A stretch of DNA of 64,000 nt. Origin: an uncultured Geobacter sp. GTDB taxonomy: Bacteria > Desulfobacterota > Desulfuromonadia > Geobacterales > Pseudopelobacteraceae. The notes under the pieces are model-generated. The model saw only the letters and a list, made by a program, of their open reading frames with translations, did no database searches and was not told where the DNA came from. The stretch lies in the NCBI GenBank assembly GCA_964622705.1, contig CAZUSH010000005.1, positions 11,389 to 75,388 on the forward strand, in the 5' to 3' direction. Positions 19,003-29,574 of this stretch are shown here, piece after piece. The first letter of the stretch is position 1. Every line of letters starts with the position of its first letter. The position numbers and the translations under genes were made by a program.

Positions 19003-20394
19003 ATGCTTTCATCGTTGCACGATTTCATAGCGCTGCTAGAGCGGCATGACGAACTGCAGCAGGTTGAGGCAGAGGTCAGCACACAGCTCGAACTCGCCGC
19101 CATCACGCGCCGCGTCAGCGCCATGCCCCATGGCGGCACCGGCCTGCTGTTCCGTCATCCCGGAACCTTCCCCTTTCCGGTTGCAACCAATCTGTTCGGT
19201 TCGCGGCGGCGAATGCGTCTGGCTCTGGGACTTGATCATCTGCATGACCTGACCGGGTTCTGCAAGCGCATGCTGGATGGGCTGCCGCTGCAGGGGCTGT
19301 CAGGGCTAGGTGCGCTGCTGGCGGACCATCCCGACCTGGCCTGCTGCAGGCCGGTAACCGTGGCTAGTGGTCCCTGCAATGAAATGCTTGAGCCGGCAGC
19401 CGATCTGCTGCGCCTGCCGTTTCTGCAGAACTGGCCGGATGACGGCAGTGCGGCCGGAACCGGCCGCTATATCACCCTGGGTCAGGTAATCACCACTGCG
19501 CCGGATGGTGCTGACAACAACTGCGGTATCTACCGCTGCCAGATCCACGATGCCCACACCCTGGCGATCCGCTGGCGAGGGGGTTCCGGTGCCGAACAGC
19601 ACTACCGCCAGTATGCCCGACAGGGGAAAGCGATGCCGTTGGCTGTTGTGCTGGGTGGACCGCCGGCACTGACCCTGGCCGCTGCCTGGCCATTACCTGA
19701 AGGGTTGTGCGAGTTGGCGGTTGCCGGCTGGCTGCGCGGCGCCTCGATCCCGATGCTGCAATGTTCCCATGGGCCGCTGCAGGTCCCGGCCGAAGCCGAA
19801 CTGGTGATTGAAGGCTTTGTCGAGCCGGACAGCACGATTATCGAAGGGCCCTTCGGTAACCATACCGGCAGGTATGACCCGGCCGGTATGGCTGCGCGGA
19901 TGCGGGTAACACGCATTACCCGGCGTCAGGCGCCGGTTATTCCGGCCACGGTGGTAGGGCCGCCGCCCCAGGAAGACTGCTGGATGATGCTGGGGTGGGA
20001 GCGGCTTTTGGCTGCCCTGTTGCCGCGGCTGGTGCCGGGGGTGGTGGAGATCAGGGTACCGCTGCCCTGGGTCTTTCGCCAGAGCGCCATCATCTCCGTG
20101 GAACACTCCTCGCCCGGCGCAGTCCGCGAGACCGTGCAGGCGCTTTGGCAGCTGCCCTGGTTCCGCAAGGCCCGCCTGCTGATTCTGGTGGATGCGGCCG
20201 TAGCCCCCGACGATCTGCTGCAGGTGGCCTGGAACCTGGTGCATGAGGCCGACTGGCTTGACGACCTGATCAGGGATGAGGCGGGCGGTCGCCTGGCGGT
20301 GGACGCCACCCGCCGTTTTGCCGGGGAGCAGTTGAGTGATCCCGCTTCGCTGGCATTGATTGAACGACGCTGGGCCGACTATGGCCTGGCATAA
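19003..20394 (+). CDS. UbiD-family (MqnL-like) decarboxylase homolog, divergent
   Basis: VATNLFGS, GRYIT, GIYRCQ, AELVIEG, EGPFGNHTG; ATG at 19003. Confidence 0.85.
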   Translation: MLSSLHDFIALLERHDELQQVEAEVSTQLELAAITRRVSAMPHGGTGLLFRHPGTFPFPVATNLFGSRRRMRLALGLDHLHDLTGFCKRMLDGLPLQGLSGLGALLADHPDLACCRPVTVASGPCNEMLEPAADLLRLPFLQNWPDDGSAAGTGRYITLGQVITTAPDGADNNCGIYRCQIHDAHTLAIRWRGGSGAEQHYRQYARQGKAMPLAVVLGGPPALTLAAAWPLPEGLCELAVAGWLRGASIPMLQCSHGPLQVPAEAELVIEGFVEPDSTIIEGPFGNHTGRYDPAGMAARMRVTRITRRQAPVIPATVVGPPPQEDCWMMLGWERLLAALLPRLVPGVVEIRVPLPWVFRQSAIISVEHSSPGAVRETVQALWQLPWFRKARLLILVDAAVAPDDLLQVAWNLVHEADWLDDLIRDEAGGRLAVDATRRFAGEQLSDPASLALIERRWADYGLA

Positions 20395-20416
20395 TAACTG
20401 TTGACTGGAAACGCCC

Positions 20417-22402
20417 GTGTCTGCCCGTATTGAAACCTGTCTCTGGCTGTTGCTGCTTTTGCTTGTCGTGTCTGGGCCTGTTTACGCCCAGGAGACTTTT
20501 GCCACCTATCCTCCCCTCCCCGCCGGCTACCGCTCGATCAAGGTCTATGACCGCCAGGGCCGCTTTGTGGGCCGTTTGTTGCCGGATCAGCGCTATTGGA
20601 CCGGCATCGACCGCATCCCGGTCTTTTTGCAGCGCGCCGTGGTCGCGGTGGAGGATGCCCGTTTTTATGAACATGGCGGCATCGATCTGCGCGGGATTGC
20701 CCGCGCGGTAGTCAAGGATGTGGTCAAGGGCAGACTTGCTGAAGGGGGGTCCACCATCACCCAGCAACTGATCAAGAACAAGTATCTCTCCGGTGAGAAG
20801 AGCCTTGATCGTAAGGTCAAAGAAGGGATGATGGCGATCGAATTTGAGAAAAAGTACACCAAACAGCAGATCCTGGAGATGTACTTGAATGAGATCTACT
20901 ACGGCAACGGGGCCTGGGGGATTGCCCAGGCTGCGCGGGTCTACTTTGACAAGGCGCCGGAAGAACTGAGTGATGTCGAGTGCTCCTTTTTGGCGGGCAT
21001 ACCCAAAAATCCGGGGCGATATAACCCGCTGGGCAAGCCGGCCGATGTGGCCAAACGTAGAACGGTTGTGCTGAAGCGGATGGCCGAGGTGGGATTTATT
21101 TCGTCCCGCCAGCTCAAGCAGCTGCTCGCTCATTCCACGGCGCCGCTGCCGACGAACCGGGCCCCTTGGTATCTGGCGTTGGTACGCGCCAAACTGCTTG
21201 AGCAGTACGGCGCCGGTGTGATTGAACAGGGGGGGCTGGAGGTGACTGCGGCGCTGGACCTGCCGCTGCAACTGCAGGCCGAGCAGCTGATGCACAAGGG
21301 CGTGACCAGGATCTCGCCGCAGTTACAGGGCGCCCTGGTAGCGCTTGAACCGGCCTCGGGCGACCTGCTGGCCGTGGTTGGCGGGATCGAGTTTGCCAAG
21401 GGAGGCTTTAACCGGGCCCTGCAGGCCAGACGCCAGCCTGGTTCCGCCATCAAGCCGTTGATCTATGCCGCTGCCCTGGAGCAGGGGGTCACGGCCGCCA
21501 GCATCTGGAGCGATGCCGCAGTGGCCTATCCCAAGGGCAACGGAACGTTCTGGCAGCCGCAGAACTATGACGGCAAGAGCCATGGCGAGATGAGTCTGCG
21601 CCAGGCACTGGCAAGTTCCAATAACGTGATTGCGGTCAAATTGCTCGCCTCCATCGGCATCCCCGCCTTCGCGGCAGTGGCCGAGCGTGACGGCCTGCAC
21701 CTGCCTGCCCCCATTGATCTTTCAGTGGCGCTCGGCACTGCCGAGGTGACCCCTCAGGAGTTGGTTGCAGCCTATACACCGTTTGCCAATGGCGGTATCC
21801 GCAGCGAACCGCGCAGCATCCTGCGGGTCTACGACGGTTACCGCCGCAGTTGGGCGGAACACCCTCCCCAGACAGCCCAGGTCTTGTCGCCTGCAGCCGC
21901 CTTCATCACCACCCAGATGCTGAAGGATGTCCTGACCAGCGGCACTGCCAAACAGCTGAAGAAGTTCAGTCAGCGCTACCCGGCAGCCGGCAAGACCGGC
22001 ACCACCAGCGATTACCACGATGCCTGGTTTGTCGGCTATACCCCCCAGCTGGTGGCGGGGATCTGGGTCGGCCATGACCAGCCCCGTTCCGGCGGTAAGG
22101 GTTTTACTGGCGGTGCGGTCGCGGCCCCACTGTGGGAGCAGTTCATGCGTCAGGCGCTCAAATCACGGCCTGCCGTTGATTTCCCGCAGCCGGAGAGCGT
22201 CGTCAGCGTTGTGATTGATCCCAAGACCGGCCTGCTGGCCGCTCCGGAGGGTCCCCGGCAGCGTCTGGAATTTTTTGTGAGCGGCAGCGAACCGCTTGAG
22301 TACCGTACCGGCCAACCGGCTGCGCCGCCCGCCGCTGAACCTCCAGCTACAACCGGTACCGTTGATGAGAAGCGCATAAACAAGGAGTCATCCGAGCCAT
22401 GA
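20417..22402 (+). CDS. Class A penicillin-binding protein (PBP1A family)
   Basis: EDARFYEHGGID, GGSTITQQL, RQPGSAIKP, SNN, AGKTGTT. Confidence 0.95.
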   Translation: MSARIETCLWLLLLLLVVSGPVYAQETFATYPPLPAGYRSIKVYDRQGRFVGRLLPDQRYWTGIDRIPVFLQRAVVAVEDARFYEHGGIDLRGIARAVVKDVVKGRLAEGGSTITQQLIKNKYLSGEKSLDRKVKEGMMAIEFEKKYTKQQILEMYLNEIYYGNGAWGIAQAARVYFDKAPEELSDVECSFLAGIPKNPGRYNPLGKPADVAKRRTVVLKRMAEVGFISSRQLKQLLAHSTAPLPTNRAPWYLALVRAKLLEQYGAGVIEQGGLEVTAALDLPLQLQAEQLMHKGVTRISPQLQGALVALEPASGDLLAVVGGIEFAKGGFNRALQARRQPGSAIKPLIYAAALEQGVTAASIWSDAAVAYPKGNGTFWQPQNYDGKSHGEMSLRQALASSNNVIAVKLLASIGIPAFAAVAERDGLHLPAPIDLSVALGTAEVTPQELVAAYTPFANGGIRSEPRSILRVYDGYRRSWAEHPPQTAQVLSPAAAFITTQMLKDVLTSGTAKQLKKFSQRYPAAGKTGTTSDYHDAWFVGYTPQLVAGIWVGHDQPRSGGKGFTGGAVAAPLWEQFMRQALKSRPAVDFPQPESVVSVVIDPKTGLLAAPEGPRQRLEFFVSGSEPLEYRTGQPAAPPAAEPPATTGTVDEKRINKESSEP

Positions 22403-23265
22403 CCGCCGTACTGCACAAGATCTCCGTCTTTATGGAGATGATCAAGTTTGCCCATACCATTTTTGCCCTGCCCTTTGCCCTTTCGGCTGCCCTGCTGGCG
22501 ATCCGCGGCCTGCCCAGTTCCTCGCAGCTGCTGTTTATCGTGTTGGCCATGGCGGGGGCCCGTACCGCTGCCATGGCCATGAACCGGCTGATCGATGCCG
22601 AGATTGATGCCAAAAATCCCCGCACTGCCGGACGCGCCATCCCGGCCGGGCTGCTTTCCAAAGGCGCGGTGTTTGGGGCGATTGTAGCCTCAGTTGCCCT
22701 GCTGCTCTGGTCAGCGGCCATGCTGAACCCGTTGTGCCTCAAGCTCTCCCCCATCGCCTTGGGCTTTCTGGTGCTGTACTCCTACTGCAAGCGCTTCACG
22801 GCCCTGGCCCATATCGTATTGGGAATTTGCCTGGCTGCCGCGCCGATCGGCGCCTGGGCAGCCCTGAAAGGGACCATCGAGCTGCCGGCCCTGGTGCTGG
22901 GACTGCTGGTACTGTTCTGGGTGGCTGGTTTTGATATCCTTTACGCCCTGCAGGATCTGGAGTATGACCGCTCCGTCGGCCTACACTCCATCCCGGTGGC
23001 ACTGGGGGTGAATGGTTCTCTCTGGCTGTCGCGCCTGTTTCATATCATCACGGTTGGTCTGCTGATCTGGCTGATTGTCCTGCTGGGGCTGGGGCTCTGG
23101 TTCTGGATCGGCACCGGAGCCATGACCGCCATGCTGCTGTATGAACACTGGCTACTGCGGGGTGGTGACCTGACCAAGCTGGATGCGGCCTTCTTCACCA
23201 TGAACGGCTACATCAGCCTGACCTTCCTGGCTGCCACGGCTGCGGATGTTTTCCTGGGGAGGTAG
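22399..23265 (+). CDS. UbiA-like (MqnP-type) polyprenyltransferase
   Basis: MIKFAHTIFALPF, NRLIDAEIDAKNPRT, YSYCKRFT, FDILYALQD. Confidence 0.92.
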   Translation: MTAVLHKISVFMEMIKFAHTIFALPFALSAALLAIRGLPSSSQLLFIVLAMAGARTAAMAMNRLIDAEIDAKNPRTAGRAIPAGLLSKGAVFGAIVASVALLLWSAAMLNPLCLKLSPIALGFLVLYSYCKRFTALAHIVLGICLAAAPIGAWAALKGTIELPALVLGLLVLFWVAGFDILYALQDLEYDRSVGLHSIPVALGVNGSLWLSRLFHIITVGLLIWLIVLLGLGLWFWIGTGAMTAMLLYEHWLLRGGDLTKLDAAFFTMNGYISLTFLAATAADVFLGR

Positions 23266-23268
23266 ACC

Positions 23269-23850
23269 ATGCGTATCCTGCTTGCCATAACCGGAGCATC
23301 GGGCAGTATCTACGGCCTGCGTCTGCTGGAAGAGCTGCTGCGTGACCAGCATCAGGTCACCTTGGTGGCGAGTGAGAGTGGTCTGGAGGTCTGCCGCTAT
23401 GAGACCGGTGTGGAGCTGAATGATGCGGAGACGCTGAAACAGCGCTGGGGCCTGCCTGATGCCAGCCTGACCATTCGTGCCGTGACCGACCTTTGGGCGC
23501 CGGAGGCCAGTGGCTCGGCTGCGCCGGAAGCGATGGTGATCGCGCCGTGCAGCATGGGGACGGTGGGGCGGATTGCCGCCGGCATCTCCGGCAACCTGGT
23601 CGAACGGGCAGCGGACGTGATGTTGAAGGAACAGCGTCCCCTGCTGCTGCTGCCGCGGGAGACGCCGTTTTCGACGATCCATCTGGAGAACCTGCTCAAA
23701 CTGTCGCAGTGCGGGGCTCGCATCATCCCTGCCATGCCCGGCTTTTATCATAAACCAGCAACCGTGGCTGAACTGGTTGATTTTGTGGTGGGCAAGCTGC
23801 TGGACCAGCTGGGCATCAGCCATGCTCTGTTTAGACGTTGGGGAGAGTAG
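23269..23850 (+). CDS. ubiX: Flavin prenyltransferase
   Basis: AITGASG, ASGS, IAPCSMGT, RAADVMLKE, RETP, PAMPGFY. Confidence 0.95.
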   Translation: MRILLAITGASGSIYGLRLLEELLRDQHQVTLVASESGLEVCRYETGVELNDAETLKQRWGLPDASLTIRAVTDLWAPEASGSAAPEAMVIAPCSMGTVGRIAAGISGNLVERAADVMLKEQRPLLLLPRETPFSTIHLENLLKLSQCGARIIPAMPGFYHKPATVAELVDFVVGKLLDQLGISHALFRRWGE

Positions 23851-23904
23851 TTACAGAAAACGGGCGGCCGATTGGCCGCCCGTTTGGTTGGGGGCTGAGG
23901 TTGA

Positions 23905-25098
23905 TTACCCTTTTTTCAACACTTCTGCCGATACGGCCTGTCCCAGTGCGCGGCACTGGTCCAGCAGCTCTGCTGTGGGGTTGAAAACGGCCCGCAGCGG
24001 TTCAGCCACCAGTTTGAAGCCCATCCCCTTCAGGCGTTCTTCCACCATCTTGCAGGCCTCGCCACTCCAGCCGTAGCTGCCGAAAACCGCTGCCAGATTG
24101 GTCTTCAGCTTGATGGTGCTCAGGTAGGCCAGCACATCCCACATCGGTTTGGGCACATCGCGGTTGATGGTGGGCACCCCAAAGACCAGGGCATCGGCGC
24201 TTTCCATCAGGTCCCGCAATTCACCATCGGTCAGGCCGACAATGTGGTGGCTGGCCACTTCGATGCTGTCCTGTTCAGCCCCCTCAACCAGTGCCCTGGC
24301 CATCTTTTCGGTGTTGCCGTGGGGCGAGATATAGAGCAGAACCACTTTTTTGCCGAAGCTGGTGGGCTTGCTCCAGTTTTCATACTGCTGGATAACCTGC
24401 CAGGGATCCTTGCGGATGATCGGGCCATGGCTGGGGCAGATCATGTCGATCACCTCGTGGCGAATCTTTTCAATGGCCATCAGCACCTTGTCCTTGAACG
24501 GACGCATCAGGCAGTCGTAATAGAATTCGCGGGCCGAGGTGAAGTCCTCGATCTCATCGTTGAAGATGCTGCGGACGTTGCAGTAGTGCGCCCCGAAGGC
24601 ATCACAGGTGAACATGATCCTGTCTTCTTCGAGTCGGGTGAACATGGTGTCGGGCCAGTGCAGGAAGGGGGCCATGATAAAGCGCAGGGTGCGCCCGCCC
24701 AGATCAAGGGTGTCGCCGTCCTTGACAATCTTGGATTGAAACGGCTTGTGGATCATGTTGGTGACAAAGTTTTTGGCTGCCTGGGTCGAGACCACCGTGG
24801 CATTGGGACAGTGGTCCAGCAGGTAGGCCAGCGAACCGGAATGATCCGGTTCAGCGTGGTTGACGATGATGTAGTCGATCTTGGCCGGATCGACCAGCGA
24901 CGTGACCTTGTCCAGATACTGGTCAACAAACTTGATCTTGACGGTGTCGATCAGGGCGATCTTGTCGTTGCCCTCAATCAGATAGCTGTTATAGGTGGTG
25001 CCGTGTTCGGTGGGAAAAAGATCGTCGAATACGCGCAGTTCCGGATGCAGCGCGCCGAGCCAGTGGATGCCGGGTTTGATGGTAACAGTGCCGCTCAT
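23905..25098 (-). CDS. fprA: Flavodiiron protein (FprA; O2/NO reductase)
   Basis: GTTYNSYLI, NHAEPDH, FLHWPDTM, CPSHG, flavodoxin FGSYGWSG; ATG 25098. Confidence 0.93.
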   Translation of the reverse strand: MSGTVTIKPGIHWLGALHPELRVFDDLFPTEHGTTYNSYLIEGNDKIALIDTVKIKFVDQYLDKVTSLVDPAKIDYIIVNHAEPDHSGSLAYLLDHCPNATVVSTQAAKNFVTNMIHKPFQSKIVKDGDTLDLGGRTLRFIMAPFLHWPDTMFTRLEEDRIMFTCDAFGAHYCNVRSIFNDEIEDFTSAREFYYDCLMRPFKDKVLMAIEKIRHEVIDMICPSHGPIIRKDPWQVIQQYENWSKPTSFGKKVVLLYISPHGNTEKMARALVEGAEQDSIEVASHHIVGLTDGELRDLMESADALVFGVPTINRDVPKPMWDVLAYLSTIKLKTNLAAVFGSYGWSGEACKMVEERLKGMGFKLVAEPLRAVFNPTAELLDQCRALGQAVSAEVLKKG

Positions 25099-25159
25099 GG
25101 GTCTGGTTCTCCTCGTATTCTGCCTAGAAATACAGCATGCAGTGGTTTGAAAGGCGCAA

Positions 25160-25188
25160 AGTATACCAAACAGGTCAAGTGTATACAA
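25160..25188 (-). promoter_or_regulatory. Putative sigma70 promoter of fprA
   Basis: Minus strand TTGTAT-17 nt-TATACT. Confidence 0.5.
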
Positions 25189-25278
25189 GGCGGATTTCAG
25201 TGGTTGTCGTAGGTTAGCTGCTCTGCTAGAGTGCCTGCAGGCTGTGAGGCATGCAGTGATCGTGCCGCGAAAGAGGAT

Positions 25279-26634
25279 ATGATGCGTCAGAAAACCGTTT
25301 TTACCTGCAGTCAGTGCGGGTGCCAGTCACCCAAGTGGCTGGGCAAGTGTCCGGACTGCGGCGCATGGAACAGTATGGCCGAGGAGCGCCAGGCCGTTGC
25401 GAAGTCAGGACGTGGCACGGCGCTGGCCACAGGGCGTGCCGAGGCGCTGCCGATCGGTGAGGTGCCGCCCCAGGCCGAGGTCCGGCTGGCCTGCGGTATC
25501 GGCGAGTTTGACCGGGTTTTGGGCGGTGGTCTGGTGCCCGGCTCCTTGGTGTTGATCGGCGGTGACCCCGGTATCGGCAAGTCGACGCTGCTGTTGCAGG
25601 CCATGCACCACCTGGCGGCAGAGGGGGCCGTCTTGTATGTCTCGGGCGAGGAGTCGGCCGCCCAGACCCGTCTGCGGGGAGAACGGTTGGGGGTAAGCGG
25701 GCGGCAGTTGCTGGTGCTGGCTGAAAACAGCCTGGACGAGATCGTGCTCCAGATTGAGCGTTTGAGACCCCGTGCCGTGGTGGTGGACTCGATCCAGACG
25801 GTCTGGAGCCAGGCCCTGGAGTCGGCCCCCGGCAGTGTCAGTCAGGTGCGGGAATCGGCCGGGCGTCTGATGCTGCTGGCCAAAGGCAGCAATATCCCGA
25901 TCTTTATTGTGGGGCATGTCACCAAGGATGGCGCCATTGCCGGTCCGCGGGTACTGGAGCATATGGTGGATACGGTACTCTACTTTGAGGGGGACCGTGG
26001 CCATCCCTACCGGATCCTGCGGGCGGTCAAGAACCGTTTCGGTTCCACCAATGAGATCGGTGTGTTTGAGATGAAGTCCGGAGGCTTGGCAGAGGTAACC
26101 AACCCTTCGGAGCTGTTTCTGTCGGAACGCCCCCTGGATGCGGCCGGTTCGGTCGTAACCGCCTCACTGGAGGGGAGCCGGACCTTGCTGGTTGAGATTC
26201 AGGCCCTGGTGACCCCCAGCGCCTACGGCACCCCGCGACGAACCACCATCGGAGCTGACAGCAACCGACTGGCGCTGCTGGTGGCGGTGCTGGAGAAGAA
26301 GGCCGGTCTGCATCTGGGAGGGCAGGATATCTTTCTGAACGTCGCGGGCGGGGCCCGCTTGACGGAACCGGCCGCCGATCTTGCCATGTTGCTGGCAATC
26401 GCCTCAAGCCACCTGGAGCGTCCGGTCTCTCCCAGCACGGTGGTCTTTGGCGAGGTGGGACTGGCCGGCGAGGTGCGGGCCATTACGCAGCCGGAACCGC
26501 GTATCAGCGAGGCAGGCAAGCTCGGTTTTTCTCAATGTCTGTTGCCGAGCGGCAATCTGCGGCGCCTGAGTGGTGGTTCTCTTGAACTACAGGGAATCGG
26601 CACGGTACAGGATGTTTTGCAATTCCTGCGGTAA
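25279..26634 (+). CDS. radA: DNA repair protein RadA/Sms
   Basis: C4 zinc finger, GDPGIGKST, KNRFG, Lon-like C-terminus. Confidence 0.97.
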   Translation: MMRQKTVFTCSQCGCQSPKWLGKCPDCGAWNSMAEERQAVAKSGRGTALATGRAEALPIGEVPPQAEVRLACGIGEFDRVLGGGLVPGSLVLIGGDPGIGKSTLLLQAMHHLAAEGAVLYVSGEESAAQTRLRGERLGVSGRQLLVLAENSLDEIVLQIERLRPRAVVVDSIQTVWSQALESAPGSVSQVRESAGRLMLLAKGSNIPIFIVGHVTKDGAIAGPRVLEHMVDTVLYFEGDRGHPYRILRAVKNRFGSTNEIGVFEMKSGGLAEVTNPSELFLSERPLDAAGSVVTASLEGSRTLLVEIQALVTPSAYGTPRRTTIGADSNRLALLVAVLEKKAGLHLGGQDIFLNVAGGARLTEPAADLAMLLAIASSHLERPVSPSTVVFGEVGLAGEVRAITQPEPRISEAGKLGFSQCLLPSGNLRRLSGGSLELQGIGTVQDVLQFLR

Positions 26635-26705
26635 CGAACTTTTTACTGGACTTGATGCTGTAAGGCTATTAATATTCATCAATTATTGCTGATGTGAGGA
26701 GATAC

Positions 26706-27062
26706 ATGGACGCCGAGAAACTAGAACAATTCCGGCAGTTGCTCCTGGACGAGATGAAGGCGCTCATGTCCGAGGCCGATAAGACCGTCCAGGAAATGGC
26801 CGATGACGCCTCCCACTTCCCTGACCCGACCGACCGCGCCACCCAGGAATCGGACCGCACCTTTGAGCTGCGTATCCGCGACCGTGAGCGCAAGCTGGGC
26901 AACAAGATCCGCGAGGCCCTGGAACGGATCGAAAACGGTACCTATGGCGTGTGCGAGGACTGCGGCGGCGACATCAGCGAGGCCCGCCTGAAGGCCCGCC
27001 CGGTGACGACCCAGTGCATCGACTGCAAGATTGAGGCTGAAGAGAAAGAAAAACGGCTGTAA
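26706..27062 (+). CDS. dksA: RNA polymerase-binding protein DksA
   Basis: PDPTDRA acidic tip, CEDC...CIDC zinc finger; ATG 26706 after GAGGAG. Confidence 0.95.
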   Translation: MDAEKLEQFRQLLLDEMKALMSEADKTVQEMADDASHFPDPTDRATQESDRTFELRIRDRERKLGNKIREALERIENGTYGVCEDCGGDISEARLKARPVTTQCIDCKIEAEEKEKRL

Positions 27063-27109
27063 TCCTCTTCAGTTCCCCTTCTGACGCGGCTTGTCCGCAG
27101 GATAACGGC

Positions 27110-28516
27110 ATGCCTGATAGCCCACCTGAACAATCAGCAGCTGTACGTCGTGATCCCCTTGACATAGCAAGGGATCTTTCCCTCTTTTATCTCTTTAGCT
27201 CGACCCTGCTCTCCACCATGCAGCTCAACAAGCTGCTCCACCTGATCCTTTCCGCGCTGGTCTGTGAAGAAAACCAGCTGTTCTGCCGTGCCATGCTGTT
27301 TTTGTACAATCAGAAAACCCACACCCTGCAGGGTATGCTGGGGATCTGCCGTACCGGCGTGCAGGGATTCCGGGTGGTTGATCGTGATCCTGACAACCCG
27401 CTCTCCGGGCATTGGGATCTTGATCAAGAAACCATACAGCAGCAGCTGCAGACCGATTTCTGTGGTACGGTCCGCGCCACCCGGATTGATCTGCAGGACG
27501 GCTGTCGCATTGTGGCCCATGTGGTGAACGACCGGCGCTCATACCGGGTTGAGGATGTGGATTGCCTCAGTTGCGAGGACTGCGGCTTTATCAACCGCTT
27601 CCAGATCCACTCCTTTGCCGCGGTCCCGTTGGTGACCCGCAACAACCTGATCGGGGTGGTGATCGTTGATAATCCGTTTAAAGGCCAGCCCATTACGGAT
27701 GAACAGCTGAAGGTGCTGCAACTGCTGGCAAACCAAGCCGGCATGGCCATTGAAAATACCCGTCTGTATAAAAATCTGGAGGAGACGCACCTGGAGCTGC
27801 GGGATGCCCGACAGCGCCTGGTGCATGGCGCCCATCTGGCTGCCATTGGCGAGATGGCCGCCTCCATCTCCCACGAGCTCAAGACCCCCCTGATCACCAT
27901 CGGCGGTTTTGCCGCCCGCCTGGGGCGGATGCTGCCGGCAGACACCCCGCAACGCCATTACCTTGATACGATCATCAACGAGTCGCACCGGCTTGAACGG
28001 CTGTTGGGCGATATCCTGGCCTTCTCCCGCAAGCCGACCATCTGCTACCAGCCCTGCAATCTGCGGACCGTGCTGCAGGAATGCCTGGATGACTACTCAT
28101 TGGTATTGCGGGAGCGGGGTATTATCCTGCAGGCCGACCTGCCGCAAGGGGGCTGGCTGGTGCTGGGGGATGCCAATCAACTTAAGCAGGTCTGTATCAA
28201 TCTGCTGATGAATGCCCAGGAGGCGATGGCAGAGGGGGGGGCATTAAAGGTCGGCCTGACGATTGCAACCGAGTCCGGCCGCCCTTCGGCCTTGACGACA
28301 ATCACCGATAGCGGCGGCGGCATCCCCGAGGATGTGTTGGAAAAGATCTTTACCCCGTTTTTTACTACCAAGCGGCATGGGACCGGTTTGGGATTGGCGA
28401 TTGTGAACCGGATTGTGCAGAATCACGGTGGCACCATGCGGGTGCGCAATACGGGTGCGGGTGCGGAGTTCCAGGTTTGTCTGCCGCTGGCGCCGGCCGA
28501 GGTGCTGGGGGCCTGA
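27110..28516 (+). CDS. Cytoplasmic GAF-sensor histidine kinase
   Basis: GAF with Cys cluster (CLSCEDC), SHELKTPL H-box, N/G1/F/G2 boxes. Confidence 0.92.
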   Translation: MPDSPPEQSAAVRRDPLDIARDLSLFYLFSSTLLSTMQLNKLLHLILSALVCEENQLFCRAMLFLYNQKTHTLQGMLGICRTGVQGFRVVDRDPDNPLSGHWDLDQETIQQQLQTDFCGTVRATRIDLQDGCRIVAHVVNDRRSYRVEDVDCLSCEDCGFINRFQIHSFAAVPLVTRNNLIGVVIVDNPFKGQPITDEQLKVLQLLANQAGMAIENTRLYKNLEETHLELRDARQRLVHGAHLAAIGEMAASISHELKTPLITIGGFAARLGRMLPADTPQRHYLDTIINESHRLERLLGDILAFSRKPTICYQPCNLRTVLQECLDDYSLVLRERGIILQADLPQGGWLVLGDANQLKQVCINLLMNAQEAMAEGGALKVGLTIATESGRPSALTTITDSGGGIPEDVLEKIFTPFFTTKRHGTGLGLAIVNRIVQNHGGTMRVRNTGAGAEFQVCLPLAPAEVLGA

Positions 28517-28550
28517 CGGTTGCATCTGTTGCTGGTGGCGGCGGCTGACC

Positions 28551-28592
28551 AACAAAAAGCGGGTTGACCGATCCGGTCAACCCGCTTTGGTT
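28551..28592. terminator. Bidirectional intrinsic terminator between kinase and tRNA-Ser
   Basis: AAAGCGGGTTGACCG-atc-CGGTCAACCCGCTTT with A/T-rich flanks. Confidence 0.8.
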
Positions 28593-28597
28593 GTAAC

Positions 28598-28685
28598 TGG
28601 CGGAGAGGCAGGGATTTGAACCCTGGATACCTTGCGGTATACACGATTTCCAGTCGTGCTCCTTCGGCCACTCGGACACCTCTCC
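28598..28685 (-). tRNA. tRNA-Ser(GGA)
   Basis: GGAGAGGTGTCCGAGTGGCCGAAGGAGCACGACTGGAAATCGTGT...GGTTCAAATCC...TCTCCGCCA; long variable arm, encoded CCA. Confidence 0.97.
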
Positions 28686-28778
28686 GTAAAAGGGCCTTAA
28701 CATCTACAACACTTGAACGATTTTGTCCAGATTTTTGATGTGTACGGCAAAAATCCGGTCGTACTTGCTAGGACGCTG

Positions 28779-29543
28779 ATGAACAACAGTGCAAAAATAA
28801 TCGGTATCGTTGTTGCCCTGCCGGAAGAGCGGGTGGCGCTGGTCAAGGTGCTGCACAAGCCCAAGCGGCGACTGGTGGAGGGGATCCCGTTCTACGGCGG
28901 CACCTTGCAGGGCCGCCCGGTCTGCGTGGTGGAAGGCGGCATGGGGACTGCTGCCGCTTCCCGCGCCACCAGGGCATTGATTACCGAAACAGCGCCAAGC
29001 CTGGTGATCTCGGCCGGATTCTGCGGGGCACTGCGTCCCGAGCAAAAGGTCGCTGACCTGGTGGTGAGTCGTCAGCTCTGTGCCGCCGACGAGCAGGGGC
29101 TGCACCAGATTCCCCTGGCCGGCGGCGAGTTGAGTGCCGCCAGGCTGTCGGCCGAACTGCAGAGCAAGGGGTTGCGGACCTGGCAAGGTACCTTTGTCAC
29201 CACCAGTCGGATCGTGACCAAGGCCGCTATGGCGGCTGAGCTGCCGGAGCAGCTGCCGGTGCCGGTGCTGGAGATGGAGAGTGCTGCCGTTGCCCAGGTA
29301 ACGGCGGCGGCGGGCGTGCCCTTTCTGGGGCTGCGCTCGATCAGTGATACGGCCGATGAGGAGCTTGATTTCACCCTGGACGAGCTGACGGACAAACAGT
29401 TCCAGATCAGCATTCCCCGGGTCCTGTTGACCTGCCTGAAAAAACCCCGCATCATTCCCCAACTGGCGCGTCTGGCTGCCAACAGCGGCAAGGCCGGCAA
29501 GGCGCTTGGGGCGGCCCTGCAACAGCTTCTGCCACTGCTGTAA
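28779..29543 (+). CDS. Nucleoside phosphorylase family 1 (HpnG-like / MTA-SAH nucleosidase)
   Basis: GIVVALPEE, GGMG, ISAGFCGAL, LEMESAAV, RSISD; C-terminal KPRIIPQLARLA tail resembling HpnG. Confidence 0.8.
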   Translation: MNNSAKIIGIVVALPEERVALVKVLHKPKRRLVEGIPFYGGTLQGRPVCVVEGGMGTAAASRATRALITETAPSLVISAGFCGALRPEQKVADLVVSRQLCAADEQGLHQIPLAGGELSAARLSAELQSKGLRTWQGTFVTTSRIVTKAAMAAELPEQLPVPVLEMESAAVAQVTAAAGVPFLGLRSISDTADEELDFTLDELTDKQFQISIPRVLLTCLKKPRIIPQLARLAANSGKAGKALGAALQQLLPLL

Positions 29544-29574
29544 CCTCCTTATTGCCATGCCGTGATAACGGCGC

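Noticed and set aside
29540-29560. Weak similarity TAACCTCCTT (left junction) vs TTACCACCTT (~52106) as att or TSD
   Set aside because: Only 8/10 identity, and the right copy is the coding end of the DUF422 gene; expected by chance
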